From a virus, in IMG/VR virus record IMGVR_UViG_3300032323_001800, positions 1 to 64,000 of that record: a DNA stretch of 64,000 nucleotides; one strand, 5' to 3'. Below, piece after piece: positions 62,305-64,000 of this stretch. Both the position numbers and the translations under genes were made by a program. How positions within the stretch are numbered: position 1 is the stretch's first letter; each line of letters opens with the position of its first letter. The notes under the pieces were generated by a model. That model was not told the DNA's origin, ran no database searches, and saw nothing but the letters and a program-made list of their open reading frames with translations.

Positions 62305-64000
62305 TTAAAGTATAATTGCTTCAATTAATTTTACATCGGTGTTTTCGCTAGATTCTAACGCTATAGCAAATACATCTGCGTATTGGTGTAGAGTAGCAAG
62401 TACAGCACAGCCGTTATTTGTTGCTACAAGACGATCACCTTTCTTTATAGATCCAACCACCTTAACAGGTACTCTGCCCTTTAGTGCTACTGCCTGTCCT
62501 TCTGCTTTAGAATTCATCAAATAAGCAGGCTTTTCACTAACGGCTCCAATTGCTCTATCACCAAAAACAGACGATCTAGCTTCTGCTTCACCACCGATCG
62601 ATATAACAGTACCGACCTCATACTCTTTATCAGTTTTATATATTTCAGCAAGGTCAGCATAGTTAGCAGATGTGGCTGTACCGTCAAAGAATCTAGCAGA
62701 AACATCTCCTGCTGAATTTCTTAAAACTACAGTATCTGGTAATTTATTAGTCGATGGTAGTTTGCCATCAAGTCTTAACGAATCTGATGCTATACCGTCA
62801 AATTGAATTGCTTTAATAACACCGCTAGCATCACGAATTGGGATCGTAACTGATCCGGGATTTGCTACTGCTGACGGCGAGTAAGTTGCTAGCCTCAATG
62901 AGTCTAACGAGCTGCCAGCTTGACCGGAACAATCGCCAACTACGTTACCAGTTAAATTTCCGCTAAAAATTTTATTAACTGAATCGTATGCTATAGCACC
63001 CGACGAATCTGTTATATTACCTTGGTGTGTGCCTGCAGTGTTTCCTAATACGTTGCCTGTTAAGTTACCAAATAACGAAACAGCATAAACATTTTTCCAT
63101 GTTCTAGCTGCTGATCCTAAATTAATTCTATTAGTTTGTCCAGGGGCAATTGTAAGTGCCGGAAATGCCGAGGCTAACGCACCGGAGAACGCCGATCTTG
63201 TAATAACAAACATGTCATCAAAATCTTCAGTGGATCCAGCGTTACTAATTCTTAAACGCAATGGGCCATTATTTAAATTTTCTATAATCGGAGATGAGTT
63301 ACCGATATAAATTCCTAAATCGTTTCGTGTGCCGATCGTTAAACCTGCATCACCGAACGCAGTTCTAGTTGTAAAACCAACCGAGTCGCCTGTTCTTCTA
63401 ACAAATGAATCTACTGGCAGACCGCCTAATCTTTCCGAGTTTGATGCAGTTCCCCAAAATTTAAAACCTGCCGACGTATCACTAACACCGTTTTGATCAA
63501 CTGAGTTAAGTGTTATACCTTTGTTAATTCTGTTGTTGGCTAAAGAGAATCCGCTAATTTGATTTGTATCAGATAGTGTAAAAGTCGGATCATTACTGAA
63601 AATCGCAGTAGTTATACCACCAACCACTGATCTTAAAATAACATGAGATGCGTTACTCGTATCTTTAACAACCTGAGTAATAATTTGCGAGGTACCAAAT
63701 CCTGGCGCACTCTGGGGACCAACTAACACAAAGCTAGATCCGGTCCAAACAGAAACTTGACTTGTAGTAGAATCATACCACAAATCGCCTTGAGTCAATC
63801 CAATCGGGGGTGTGTCGGATACTTCGGGACTACTGGCTGTTTTAAATTTAGAGCCGTCAAAAAACTTTATTTTTTTATTTCCACTATCATACCAAATTTG
63901 GCCTGATACTGGTTTTGACGGTGCTATGGTATTAGCAAAATTTTCTAACAGATATAAAAAATTTTCGTTCTGAACTTCACCGTATCCGGCATAATTTTGA
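62305..64000 (-). CDS. 5'-partial tail fibre/baseplate protein
   Basis: Frame open to the window edge (NYAGYGEVQNENFLYLLENFA...GQIWYD...GDLWYD); C-terminal ADLAEIY...SEKPAYLMN...ALKGRVP as in the 743 protein. Confidence 0.75.
   Translation of the reverse strand, partial: QNYAGYGEVQNENFLYLLENFANTIAPSKPVSGQIWYDSGNKKIKFFDGSKFKTASSPEVSDTPPIGLTQGDLWYDSTTSQVSVWTGSSFVLVGPQSAPGFGTSQIITQVVKDTSNASHVILRSVVGGITTAIFSNDPTFTLSDTNQISGFSLANNRINKGITLNSVDQNGVSDTSAGFKFWGTASNSERLGGLPVDSFVRRTGDSVGFTTRTAFGDAGLTIGTRNDLGIYIGNSSPIIENLNNGPLRLRISNAGSTEDFDDMFVITRSAFSGALASAFPALTIAPGQTNRINLGSAARTWKNVYAVSLFGNLTGNVLGNTAGTHQGNITDSSGAIAYDSVNKIFSGNLTGNVVGDCSGQAGSSLDSLRLATYSPSAVANPGSVTIPIRDASGVIKAIQFDGIASDSLRLDGKLPSTNKLPDTVVLRNSAGDVSARFFDGTATSANYADLAEIYKTDKEYEVGTVISIGGEAEARSSVFGDRAIGAVSEKPAYLMNSKAEGQAVALKGRVPVKVVGSIKKGDRLVATNNGCAVLATLHQYADVFAIALESSENTDVKLIEAIIL

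Noticed and set aside
1-64000. Stop-codon reassignment as in some jumbo phages
   Set aside because: Long genes are intact in code 11, and TAG/TGA end genes at sensible coupled positions (e.g. 385, 27629, 49500).
1-64000. tRNA genes, CRISPR arrays, introns/inteins, transposases
   Set aside because: Intergenic gaps are short with no cloverleaf or repeat-spacer pattern noticed; polB, clpA and thyX have normal lengths. Judged by eye only.

Overview
This 64 kb window is a fragment of a large T4-like (myovirus-type, probably jumbo) dsDNA phage genome read in the standard code, most likely infecting a Gram-negative proteobacterium (spanins, FdxA-type ferredoxin, ErpA, ClpA). No tRNA, rRNA, CRISPR array, intron/intein or mobile element was recognised. 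Layout: (i) 743-14325 late tail/baseplate genes, including a 2673-aa beta-helix-type virion protein; (ii) 14322-21161 mixed genes (mini-DnaE fragment, GroES, NTP-PPase, PBP7-like peptidase, clamp loader, ferredoxin, PhoH); (iii) 21180-22873 lysis cassette; (iv) 23342-26980 DnaJ-peptide deformylase-ClpA operon; (v) 27633-35221 modular, probably capsid-packaged proteins; (vi) 35305-55554 replication and nucleotide genes with a 7-deazaguanine DNA-modification cluster (DpdA-like TGT, T-fold protein, GT4 glycosyltransferase, FolE, MBD4-like glycosylase, cupin, PRTase, QueE; no QueC in the window); (vii) 55548-64000 minus-strand radical SAM plus four glycosyltransferase-like genes next to tail genes. 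Best candidates for undescribed biology: tandem phycobiliprotein-like C-x-R-D repeats in the giant virion protein, a possibly glycosylated or otherwise hypermodified 7-deazaguanine, and protease-processed capsid-cargo polyproteins with internal signal-peptide-like segments. All functional calls come from motifs recognised by eye; no searches were run.
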